The position numbers and the translations under genes were made by a program. Below are positions 25,325 to 37,195 of a stretch of DNA of 64,000 nt, one piece after another (within the stretch, counting starts at the first letter, position 1; the number at the start of each line of letters is the position of its first letter). The notes beneath the pieces were generated by a model. It did no database searches and was not told where the DNA came from. It saw only the letters and a program-made list of their open reading frames with translations. The stretch comes from Felis catus (Eukaryota): assembly GCF_018350175.1 (NCBI RefSeq), contig NC_058368.1, forward strand, positions 55,306,001-55,370,000. The letters are read 5' to 3'.

Positions 25325-26690
25325 AATTTTTAACAGATTTATTGAGACATAAGTTACATAGCCTAAAATTGACCTATTAAAAATGTTACATAGCTCAGGG
25401 GCACCTGGGTGGCTCAGTCGGTTAAGTGCCTGACTTTGGCTCAGGTCATGATCTCACTGTTCGCGAGTTCAAGCCCTGCATCAGGCTCTGTGCGGACAGC
25501 TCAGAGCCTGGAGCCTGCTTTGGATTCTGTGTCTCCTCTGTCTCTGTTCCTTTGCCTGCTCATACTGTCTCTCTCTGCCTCTCAAAAAATAAATAAATGC
25601 TAAAACATTTTTTGAAAAAAAAATGTTACATAGCTCAGTAAATTTTAGTAAATTTATACAATTGGGAAATCATCATCACAATCCAGTCTAAGAATACTTA
25701 AACCCCACACAAAATTTCCACATGGCGATTTGCAGTCTATTCCTTGCCCATTCATATGCCCCCCTCAAAACCACTTGCTTACTTTCTGTCTCTGTAATCT
25801 TGTCTTTTGTGGATTTTAAAAATATAAATTTATTCATATAGTACTTGTGGGGATTCCATCTTATTGCACATGCTACTCATTTATTTCCTATTAGTTTTGA
25901 ACATTAATTGCTGTGTGTATACAACATTTAAAAAAATCTATTCACCATTTGATGGACATTTGCAATGTTTCCAGTCTTGAGATATCATGAATAATGCAAT
26001 TATGGACACACATATATAAGTCATCATATGGAGGTAAGGATTTTTTTTCTCTTAAGTATATACTTGCTAGTTGAATTTCTAAGTTTTATTCTTAGTCTTT
26101 TAACAAATTGCAAGCTTTTTGCCACAGTGTTTTACCATTTTACATTTTTACCATGATGTAGGAGGACACTAATTTCTCCGTATCTCTCCAACACATAATA
26201 TTATCATTCTTTTTGAATATACTCATTTTAGTGGGTGTGTGGTGTTATGTAATTGAGGTTTTCATTTTCATAAAACTAATGATGTTGAACTTCTAGTTTG
26301 CTTATATGTTTGTCATATGTATGTAATTATGGGTAAAGTGTCTATTCAAAATTTTGATTTTTTTGAAAATTGGGTTTCTTGAACCGAAGATTTTTTTCCA
26401 AGATAAATTTATCAGATGTATAATTTGCAAATACAATCTCCAAATCTGTGAGTAATCTTTTAATATTGATAATGTTGTCTTTCAAAGAGAAAAAGTTTCA
26501 ATTTTGATCCAATGTATCAATTTGTCATGGATAATTCTTTGCTTTACATCTAATAAATCTTTGCCTAACTTAAGAGCACATTTTATATTCTCTTTTATTT
26601 CTGTTTTATTCTAGAAATTTTATCATTTTAAATCCTACTTTTAGGTCTATTATCCATTTCAACCTAACTTTTATGTGTACAGTGTGGTAT
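25325..26690 (-). mobile_element. Old L1 (L1MB/L1MC-like) 3' portion
   Basis: tttattgagacataagttacata ... tttgatggacatttgcaatgtttccagtc ... tctattcaaaattttg ... ttttaggtctattatccatttc. Confidence 0.8.
25398..25618 (+). mobile_element. CanSINE SINEC_Fc-like in old L1
   Basis: TSD aaaaatgttacatagctca; canonical head and tail. Confidence 0.96.
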
Positions 26691-26875
26691 CACACAATTT
26701 CTTCCTTCGTAAAGATTTTCTCTCTCAACAATACCTATTGAAAATTTCCATAAGTGAAATGGAATAGCTTTAAATCACCCCTGCCTTTTTTTTTTTTGGC
26801 AGATTTACATAACAATCCACAGTATGGATGTAAAATAACTTGTTTACCTACTCTACTAGTATTTTGCCCCTAGAG

Positions 26876-27078
26876 TTTTAAGTTTATTTATTCCATTTTT
26901 TTTTCTTGAAAGAGCACAAGGAGAGGTAGGGAGAGAGGGAGAGAGAGAGAATCCCAAGTAGGCTCCACACTGTCAGTGCAGAGCCTGATGTGGAGCTCAA
27001 ACTCATTAACAGTGAGATCATGACCTGAGCTGAAAACAAGAGTCATAAACTTAACCTTCTAAGCTACCCAGAGACCCC
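26876..27078 (-). mobile_element. CanSINE (older)
   Basis: gagatcatgacctgagctgaaaacaagagtc; degenerate TSD around ccctaga. Confidence 0.9.
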
Positions 27079-27896
27079 TGTCCCTAGATTTTGCTCCTAC
27101 TAACACTACTGTGATAAGAATTTCCTATCCTATCATGGTAAGATAGATTTCTAGAAGTGAATATACTGCCAACATGTTTTTTCAGAGAAAATTATATTAT
27201 TTCACTTCTATCATTTTTCTGAGATAATTCATCCCAGTCATCAATAGATGTTTTTAATTTAGTTATTTTTCTCAGGCAAATTAGCAAATGTGAAATTTTC
27301 TTTCACTGTTTGTTTTTCCTTGATTACTGCCGAGTAGGAGGATCTTATCATGTTGAAAAATTTTTGAAAAAACTTAAGTGGAATATATGTTAATAAAACT
27401 TAATAGTCAAATTTATTTTTGTCTCTTATGCATAATTTTATTTTTCATGTGATGTTAGGGAGAAAGTAGAGACTGAATTATGTGATAGAATAAATAAGTT
27501 AAATATATTATCTCTTCTTTAGAATCTATCAAACTCAGAATTTAACCCAGTGGGCTTATTAAATTCAAAATTTCTAGATCATCAGTCACAGTAAGCACAA
27601 CATATATGTATTGATTTATTTAAACATCTGAGTAGTCAGCTTACTAGGTTATTCAAATTGATTACACAGTATTTAAAAATATTTTTCTGCAATACACCCT
27701 AATATAAGAAGAAAATGATGTAAACCTGGAGATTTTTAAAAAATAGTTATCAGAAATCCCATGAAATATTCAAAAATTTTAAACAAGTCAAATCGAATGG
27801 AAAATACATATTAATTTATATATATTGTTCCAAAGAAAATGTAAATGTTATTAATGATTGAGTATACTTTTTGGCTTTTTAAATTAAATATTTCAA

Positions 27897-28135
27897 GGGC
27901 GCCTGAAAGTCAAAGGCAAAGGCAAAGTCAAATAAGCATCACGATCTTAGCTCAGGTCATGATCCTGTGGTTCGTGGTTCAAGTCCAATATCAGGCTCTG
28001 TGCTGACAGCTCAGAGCCTGGATCCTGCTTTGGATTCTATGTCTCCCTCTCTCTCCGCTCTTCCCCCACTCATACTCTGTCCCTTTCAAAAATAAAATAA
28101 AAACATTTTTAAAAATTAACAATAAATAAATAAAT
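27897..28135 (+). mobile_element. CanSINE with rearranged 5' (A-box) region
   Basis: gggcgcctg, then aaagtcaaaggcaaaggcaaagtcaaa, then normal gctcaggtcatgatc body and A tail. Confidence 0.92.
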
Positions 28136-28944
28136 ACTTAAAAATATTTTATTTTGATGGGAGTTATAAATATATACACTTTGTACTCTTCTCAAATATT
28201 TTTTTCTCTTTGCCAAATTATTCTTTTCTACAGTTAAAAAGTAAGTGGTTAGATCTTATAATATTCTCAATTTTGGTATATGCCTTGATTTAATCTACTT
28301 ACTTAATATGTTCATAGTGATAAAAAAACATTGATCAAATCTATTAATTAGTTTATATGCAGAAAATTAATTCCACTAAGCTTAACAGAAACTGTTTCTT
28401 TTTTGATGAATTTAAGTACAATAAGATACTAATAGGACAAGGTAGGTGAGAAATCACATTACTTTGACAGGTTACATGCTGGTGAACAATTGAACCTACC
28501 TGGTGATATTTCTTAGAGTTAAAAAGAGTAAGTAAATGTGGCCACATATTCTTTTACATTCATGTGGTGTGTTGGATGTAAGATATAAGTAGCCCAGGGA
28601 TTATAAACTGAAACAAAGCAGAATATGAAGATTACAGTTTAGCCTAGTTGATCATATAGCTTCGGGATCATATAGCTTGGTAAATGGTTAGTAAGTACAT
28701 TTAATTAAAGGTATTCTAATTTCATTTGTTTCATAAATCCTTCCAGTTCTCCCAGTTAGTGAATACATATATCTAAGTAAAGAAAGGGTCCACCATTGTT
28801 CATTTGGTATGAAAATATTTAAAAGGTTTACACACATTAATTAAAAAATATTTCTATTGATGTTCGTAGCTAAGAGTGTTTTGCTAAAGAAGATGATTAC
28901 CTGAGACAACGATTCTATGTGCCTGTAGGAACAAATAAAATTAA

Positions 28945-28946
<2 letters not shown>

Positions 28947-28985
<39 letters not shown>
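28947..28985. repeat. (CA)n microsatellite
   Basis: Direct reading. Confidence 0.96.
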
Positions 28986-28987
<2 letters not shown>

Positions 28988-30299
28988 TATGCCAATTTAC
29001 ATATCATTTTTGTTTTGCAAATGTTGTGAGAACTGAATATTGAGATGTTTTGTAATAAATATCACCATCAGACTTTACATTACACCATGTTTCCTATTTA
29101 CCTAAGATCAAAATTCCGTGTGATTTAACTTAAAGCCTTTATATTCCCTAAGAATTTCAGTTAAGTGTGTAGGACATATGGAAAAAATGAAAACAAATAT
29201 TTCTTGACAATAGTATTTACATTTTACATCACACAGCCTTTAAAAAATGGCCAAAGACAGATCTAAAATCCTAGAAAAAGCAACTCAAAATAGACAAACC
29301 ATCAAAACTCGTATGATTGATAGAATAATTAATATACTAATGAATTAAAATTGTAAAAAATTGACTCAAAGTAGTTATCATTTCTAAAATTGTTATTGTA
29401 CTAATTTTAGAGTTTATATTTAAATAAGAAATGCTTAAGCTTCATCATGTTTTTACAAATTCCAAGTGAGAGTTAGAAATTAGTAATGCATGGGTTTAAT
29501 GTCAGGTGATATCTTACTGCAAATGTATACAATGTAACCAATGGATCATTTCATGAGTGATTAGTTAACTGTAATATTTGACACAGTATATAATTTATTT
29601 GAGTTTATATCCCAACTCTCAGCAATTTGTTTTGCTACAGATTAAAAATTATGCAAATTTATTTAGTTTCTAGGTTTTTAGTTAACAGGAACACCTTTGT
29701 GAATGATTTATTTGGTACTTACACATAAAATAAATAGCTTTAGAAATATTAATCATAATGAAAGCTGATAAATTATATTAAGAGTAAATGCATCATTTAT
29801 AATCAGTGGAAATCAATGAACGATTACTTTTTCCACTTTTAAATGATTTTGAAATGATGTTAATACAATGAGATGAAATAACAAATCTACTAAATTTCTA
29901 AAATAACATTACCTTCAAAATTAGCTTTTGAGTCTATTAAGCTTCTTTCTAGGACTCAGCCTCAACAATAAACTACTTTGAAGAAGATCAAAACTTGATC
30001 TCTTCAACAGTAGTGCTTTACTCCCTTTTCTTCAGTAAAAATAAAACAGAATGAAATTTGGTTCTAAGATATTTGCAATAAACAAAGTTGTGTTTTAAGC
30101 AACTTAAGTGCGAATCACTGTAAACTGACTTCACAATAATGCAGGAGGTAATTTCAATTTTTATTTTCCAAGCATTGGTTTCATTCCCCACTCCCTCTAA
30201 AGCCCATCATTAGTTTGTGTCACAAATCATATTATGCCCAAGATATCTGTTTATGGCAGTCATCACATGATGCCAAGATGATCTGCTCATCTCTTATGG

Positions 30300-31012
30300 C
30301 TCAGACTTTCACCCTTTTCTGATCCCTTCTCACTTCCCCCCCTTTACCAATACCACAATGATTCAGTTCTTCACTGTCTGCCATCTGGTATATAATGACT
30401 TTCTTATTGATCTTCATAATAGTATTCTTGGTTCCTATTTTCATGGTATATAATTTGAAATTTTTATAGACAATGCTTGCTCCGCTTCCCAATTCAGTAC
30501 CTTCAGAATAAATGCTATAACAACCTATGTAACAGCCCTAAGACCCCATCTGTTCTCAGTTCTCACACTTTTTCTTGTTCAGTCTGTTCTAGTCTTGTGT
30601 AATCTTGCTGTTCCTTGAAATTTCCAGGGCTTTTGCCTTGGGTCTTTTTTTTTTCTTTCTGGAATTGATGTTTGCTTAATGAATTCTATTATATTCATCT
30701 TCACCACCATCAGGCTAATATTAGAGACCAGTGAGATTTTCCTAACAATCCTTTTAAAAGTGTCTCCCCATACTACCCATCCCACTTTTTGATTATTTTT
30801 TCACTGCACCATGTATTACCTTCTACATATTATATAAGATTTGTCCTCTTTGTGTTTATCAACTGTTTCCATGTTTCCTCACTGCTCTTAAGTGAAATTA
30901 AGGTCTAGATAAGGCAGACTTTATTGTGTGTATGTGTGTGTTTCTTAAAAGTGTATTCCAGATATTTTCATAGAGACTGATAGACACTTTGTTGACTCTG
31001 ATGGATGAATGT
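30300..31012 (+). mobile_element. Probable L2 fragments
   Basis: Pyrimidine-rich decayed sequence ending acactttgttgactctgatggatgaatg, resembling the L2 3' terminus. Confidence 0.45.
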
Positions 31013-32126
31013 TAAACCTCTTTAATGGCAACAAGGATTGATATAAAACTGTTTTTTTCATTTCTTAAAACACACACACATACACACACACTCTAATGAG
31101 CAAAACAAGAGTCTTCTCCTAATACCTCAGTACCTAAACATAAATAAGAATCTCTCTGAATGAGGTTAATCTGCTACAGTAAAAATAAATGGATTCAAAG
31201 AATAAGAGAGTCCAATCTACTCCTCATCTGTACTTTTATATGTCAACTTAATTCAATTTTCTGTATTTACTTCCTGTTTAAAAAAAAGAAAAACCAGCAT
31301 CTAAGAAAATACAGAAAATACCTCTGGCTATTCTAAAATGTATATTGATAGCATTTAAAAATAATAGACGGTTTCAGAAAGTAGCATGCACATGTCTATA
31401 CAATACTGAATGATAGAGTGAAAATGTGTTCAGTTTGTGTCTGATACTACAAAATACTATTAATTCTGCTTCCATTTTCATATGAAATGTGATAAATAGC
31501 TGTATATGGAATGACTTAGAATTTCCAAAAGAGGCAAATTTCCATAGTAACAAAGCTCCAAAAAACTTAGTTATGATTTTTTTAAGGCAAAACTGAGGTA
31601 TGTTTATAAAACAAGGTTCTCTTAAGTTATCATATATCATTATGAGGAGAAAGGAAAAGCACTAGTTTTCACAAAAAATACTAAGTCATTTATTTTATCA
31701 TTCTTCATCACGTAGCTATTTCATAATAACCTAACATGTTCACATTCATAGTAAGGAACACACACAAAAAAATCTGCTTTCAATGTCTGCAATCAAAGCT
31801 TAGATATAATCTGTTAGTTTTGATTCAAACTTGTAAATGATTAAATATTAAACAAAAATCAAATATTTATTTCAGTAAATAATAGTTAAAAGGTTTATAT
31901 TTATATAGTGAGAGTTAAGTAGACTTTGAATATATACATTTAAAGTAAGTGTGGGCCATGCAATCTAAATTTAATTCATCTTCTGAAAAAAATAATAATG
32001 ATTAGGCATATATAATGATGTAATTAACAATTAGTTGTCTGTAAGGTAAGTAAAAATATTTTCCTTCCATCATTAAATATATTTCACCAATTCTCTGTGA
32101 AGAATATGTTTACTTTAAAGTCTTTT

Positions 32127-32335
32127 TTTTTAATTTTTTTAATCTTTATTTATTTTTGAGAGAGGGAAAGAGACAGAGTGTGAGTGGGGGAGGAACAGAG
32201 AGAGGGAGACACAAAATCCAAAGCAGGCTTGAGCTGTCAGCACAGAGCCTGATGCGGGGCTCGAACTCACAAACCATGAGATCATGACCTGAGCTGAAGT
32301 TGTATGCTTAACCGACTGAGCCATCCAGGCACCCC
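32127..32335 (-). mobile_element. CanSINE
   Basis: 16-bp TSD tactttaaagtctttt. Confidence 0.96.
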
Positions 32336-33614
32336 TACTTTAAAGTCTTTTAAATTCCATGCATGTTATGAAACTAATAGGTAGTTTCTCTAAGTAAAAT
32401 AACTGTAATTAATTCCAAGAAAGATGTAGAGGATATCTAGTAACATTTGATGGATTGATTATTGAATGGTGGATCTCTTGGCAACATCATTTACTTGCTG
32501 ATTGATTGCTATAATAGAGGCACTTTTGGACCCCTATCAACACATACTAATGTCAACATTTAGATAAATTAGAATGTCAAGTTCTTACCATATAGAGTTT
32601 ACAACAGGCTTTGAGGGAAATGATTTCTGACTGGAGGTCAAAAAATAATGACATGGTGACATTACAGCTGTCAGAAGTTGGTAGAGCACAGGAGAGCAAA
32701 GTAGAAAATAATGAAATCAGAAAAGAAAGATAATCAAGGAATAGAAAGCAGTAGTAACATTTATAGGTTTGTTCTTAAACTGGAAGTTGGAATTTAGTCT
32801 TCATCCATATATAAGCTAAATATCCATTGTCACTGATCACTCATAATTATTTAGATGGCTTATAAACTACAGCATTCAAGCAAGAATAGAATTTCTAATA
32901 CAGCCAGATTCCTCATTTCTTAGATATGGATGTTGGAACTAAAGGAAATTATTAGAGGTCACATAATTAATTATTGACAAACATAACTGCTATTTTCATA
33001 GTATTTGTTATTTAATATTGTTTAGGCTAGATTGTAAAATAATGCTTTCCTATGATTATCTCTACCAACTTTGTGTGAAGATGCCCAGTGTAACGAAAAA
33101 GAAGTAAATTTTGGAGTCATACTCTGAGGATCAAATCTGAGAAATATTATGTGTTTAAATGTTTAAATGTTCTAGAACTCATTTCTTTCATTTGAAGAGA
33201 ATAAGTTTTACTATCTGTAGAGATGTTATACACATCAAATGTCATTCAACAGATATTGTTAATTCCTCTTTAGTAGATATTTATTGGATATTAGATGTTT
33301 TTATCACAATTCTCTTGCTGTTCTGAGTTATCAATAAGGGGTCCAAAGATTATCTTGCTCAATATGTTCATAAATTTACAGTGTTTAAAGATCCCCATTC
33401 TTCTTGCCTAAATTACTGTACAGAAATATTTATCAATATTAAAACTTAAAATAATGTCCCAATTTAGCCAAATTTTACAATGATGCTTAGCCTAAAATGA
33501 TTGATATTTTAAGTTTTAAAACCTTGGCTGTTCCTAGGAATATAGAATTTTTCCTCCCCTTGAAAGAACTTAAGTTGAAAATTCTACTTTGTGTCAGAAA
33601 AGTATGTAAATAAA

Positions 33615-33875
33615 TTAAGAGCATAGGATTTGATATTCAACAGAGTTATTGCCATCCCTGAAACATGTCATTTATTATACGTATGACCATGGGAAGGTTA
33701 ATATTTTATCTCCAAACTCTAGTTTTCTCAATAATGAAATAAAAAAGGGAAAATATAATAAAAAAAGAAAGGGAAAAGAAACCTTAGTAACCATCTCACA
33801 GGGTATAGAGGAGTGACTAGGAGATCTAAAGTACCTGAAACAATATTGGATATAATAATAAGCTCTTAAAAGTAT
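33615..33875 (+). mobile_element. MIR SINE
   Basis: agagcataggatttga ... atgaccatgggaaggtta ... tagttttctca ... atctcacagggt. Confidence 0.6.
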
Positions 33876-34329
33876 ATATTATTCATTGAATAAATTAATG
33901 GGAATATTTGGTTTTAAAAGCACTATTAGTTTATGAGAGCTCTGTAACTCTAAATTTCATCTACTAAAACACTTCATTCTAACACACACACACATACACC
34001 TCCATATCCTTTGTGATCATTAACTGTTTAGGAAAGGGATGGTTTTTTTAATGGTGCTTTAAGCTGATTACATGAAAAACACAGAAACCATTCTATTAGT
34101 GATGTAAATACATAATAATTAAGAATGAAACTGACAGGATTTCTTTTATATCAAGAAAACTGATCTTTGATCTTAATATAAATATATGAAGATAGGTACA
34201 TATCACTTAGTAATATGTGGTAGGTTTAATACACTATATTAAGAAATCTGTTATTCATTGTTACTTAAAAAGAAATCTCTAGTTCTAAAGCTATTTTATA
34301 ATACTTCAATGATAAAGTGTTTAAATATA

Positions 34330-35520
34330 CATACTCAGTTATTTTCATTGAATGCACAACATATAACAAAATTTCAACCTGTCTAGTAGGACTTTTGGGT
34401 GTTAAACAGGCAGTTAGGAATTTTTTTAATGTTTATTTATTTTCGAGGGAAAGAGACAGAGTGCAAGCAGGAGAGGGGAAGAGAGAGAGGGAGACACAGA
34501 ATATGAAGCAGGCTGAACTGCTGAACTGCTGAACTGTCAGCACAGAGCTCAACTCAGTGCTCAAACTCATGAGCCATGCATGGGATTGTAACCTAAGCTG
34601 AAGTCAGATGCTTAACCAACTGAACCACCCAGGTGCCCCAGGCAGTCATGATTTCTGATCTCATATAGTTCACAGTTAAAGAATAACTATAAAAATAAAA
34701 AAAGGAATAAAAATATTTTTTTTATTTTATGATGGTATACCTACATGTGCTGGGTATGCCTACAGGTGATCTAGCCCAACCTAAACTGCAAGGAAAACCT
34801 CTCCAAGGAAACTTGAAATGGGTATGAGTTAAGCAGAAGGAGCAAACAGGGGAGTGGCTCCAGAAAGAAGGAACATGTCAGAACTCTAGGATCTAAGAAA
34901 GGACATGCTACATTAAAACATCTGCTAGAAAATCTGCTACAAGAAGAATGTATGAGAAGACTGCGATAAGAGACACAAAGATGAGAGACTATGAAGGAAA
35001 GGACGACAGAGTTAAGGAAGATTCTTGCTCTCCTCTAAATTCAAAAGATAAAAATGGAATGATTCAAATGTATCATGTAGCATGATATGCAGCTCTGTCT
35101 GGAGAACTTAAAATTGGTTTGAAGAAAGAAAAAACCAACAGAAAGTGCAAGACTTTAGATGCTGTTGCTGTATTCCAGCGAAGTGAAGACGGTGGACACT
35201 ACTAAATTGATTTTGTTTGTGATATAAAGGATTAACATATTTGAAATAGAATTACAAGGTAAATAGTTTGCCAATTGGTAAAGTAGTGTACATGGGAGAG
35301 AGAGAGAGATAAGGAATAATGTTTATGTTTATGGATATTTGGGGCTAATGCATGGGTGATGGTGAGTAGGTTGTACTAAGGAAGACACAGATGTTCCTAG
35401 AGAGATAATTTATTTTGGATATATTGGGATTTAATGGCTGTGAGATAGACAAAGAATCAGAAAACACACAATTTGGATGATAATTGATTTAAAAAAAGGA
35501 GTAGATGACATTGATGGGAA
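34330..35520 (-). mobile_element. L2 LINE fragment (interrupted by a SINE)
   Basis: Purine-rich decayed L2-like motifs (ctccagaaagaaggaacatg, gatgctgttgctgtattccag, ttttggatatattggg). Confidence 0.55.
34421..34639 (-). mobile_element. CanSINE
   Basis: TSD caggcagt; internal triplication of ctgaactg. Confidence 0.93.
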
Positions 35521-35716
35521 AGTTTTTATTTTATTTTCAGGCACAGATAAAATATTTCATGTCATTGCAGTTTGTGTGAAGAAATTACAAGAATTTTTGT
35601 GACCTTAATCAGGGAAAGCTATTTCTGGTATTAGCAAAAATGAAAGCTTTGGATAGACAAGGAATTACCCCCAGGTAGAGAAGCTACACTGCCTCTTTCC
35701 ACCACAATTTAGGCAT

Positions 35717-36404
35717 TGCATTGGATATCTTTTGTTTGCCTTGCTAGGCCCACTCTATTCTTATTCACCTGCCTAGGGCCCAGAGAGGGTAACCTGCCTA
35801 GGCTGTTTCAGTAGGCATTTTTTGCCTTCGGGCTTTGAGTGGTTGCTGCTAAGAGAGAGCCCCTGCAAGAGACGGTAGGAGGGTGGTAAGCTATGGGGAA
35901 CTGGTTCCACCATGTCATATCTGTTTGCATCCACTGACAGGTGCTGAAGAGTACCTGTCAGATGGCCCCCTCCACAGAACTTCCTGAGTCTTCAGGTTCT
36001 GGAAGCCACAAATCCCCCTCACTCTGTGGGCCTAGCAGTGGCAAGGGAGCACAATTCCTATTGCACTATTTCATATGGTAGTTTCCCTATATCCTGAGGG
36101 CACTTTTTTAAAAACATTTATTCTTTTTTTATTTTTGAGACAGAAAGAGAGTGGGGGAGGGGCAGAGACAGAGGGAGAGAGAGAATCCCCAGCAGGTTCC
36201 AGCTTTCATTGCAGAGCCCGACACAGGGCTCAATCTCACAATCTTTGGATCATGACCTGAGCTGAAATGAAGAGTCTGATGCTTAACCGACTGAGCCACC
36301 CAGGCACCCCTGAAGGCACTTTTACAATAGTCTCTTTTTTACAACTATCCTCAAATGATCCAACTTGAATATGTCATCATTTCCTACCAGTTCCTCACTG
36401 ATAA
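35717..36404 (+). mobile_element. LTR33-like ERVL solo LTR (interrupted by a SINE)
   Basis: Start tgcattggatatcttttgtttgcc and end aatagtctctttttacaactatcctcaaat...catttcctaccagttcctcactgata match the recalled LTR33 termini. Confidence 0.75.
36103..36310 (-). mobile_element. CanSINE in LTR33
   Basis: TSD tga(g/a)ggcactttt. Confidence 0.95.
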
Positions 36405-36596
36405 AATCCTTTAGGTCTCTGCTGCTTTTGACATTTACCCTAAAGAATGTGAAAATAAATAAGGTAAAATGCCTAGGATATTCATAATGTAGTTTTCCAA
36501 TACAATGAAGCAATAGTGTCTTCTTGTGTTTCCCCATTCATATTGGGATGAAATACTTAAATGTGAAACAGGAAACCATCATAATCCTAGTGGAGA

Positions 36597-36790
36597 GGGG
36601 TGCTTGGGTGGCTCAGTCAGTTAAGCATCTAACTCTTTTATGACCTAAATCACGATATCATGGTTCGTGAGTTCTGGCCCCATGTCAGGCTTGGCGCTGG
36701 CAGTGCGGAACCTGCTTGGGATTCTCTCTCTCTCTGCCCCTCCCACTCTCTCTCTGTCTCTCTTAAAATAAATAAATAAATTTAGAAAAA
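36597..36790 (+). mobile_element. CanSINE in L1
   Basis: TSD aatcctag(t/a)ggaga. Confidence 0.94.
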
Positions 36791-37052
36791 ATCCTAGAGG
36801 AGAAAACAGACAGCAACCACTTTGACCTCAGCCAGGACAACTTCTTCCTAGACACGTTGCTGAAGGCAAGGGAAACAAAAGCAAACATGAACTATTGGAA
36901 CTTCATCAAGATAAAACAGTTACGCACAGCAAAGGAAACACTCAGCAAAACTAAAAGACACTCCACCGATTGGGAGATGTTTGCAAATGACATATCTGAT
37001 AAAGAATTTACCAAACTCTACACCCCAAAAGCAAATAGCCCAGTTAAGAAAT

Positions 37053-37195
37053 GGGCTCTGTACCAGTACGGAGCCTGCTTGGGATTCTCTCTCTCTCTCT
37101 CCCTCTGTCTCTGCCCCTCCCCCACTCACACAAGAGCGTGCATGTGCACAGGCCCACTCTCTAACTCTCAAAATAAATAAATAAACATTCAAAAA
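37053..37195 (+). mobile_element. 5'-truncated CanSINE in L1
   Basis: gggctctgtacc...ggagcctgcttgggattctctctc...caaaataaataaataaacatt; no TSD seen. Confidence 0.88.

Noticed and set aside
29905..30060. Minus-strand exon candidate (gaag|gtaatg donor)
   Set aside because: Weak acceptor, stops in all three frames and no recognisable peptide.
32040..32052. Consensus donor aag|gtaagt
   Set aside because: No plausible upstream acceptor or ORF; expected by chance.
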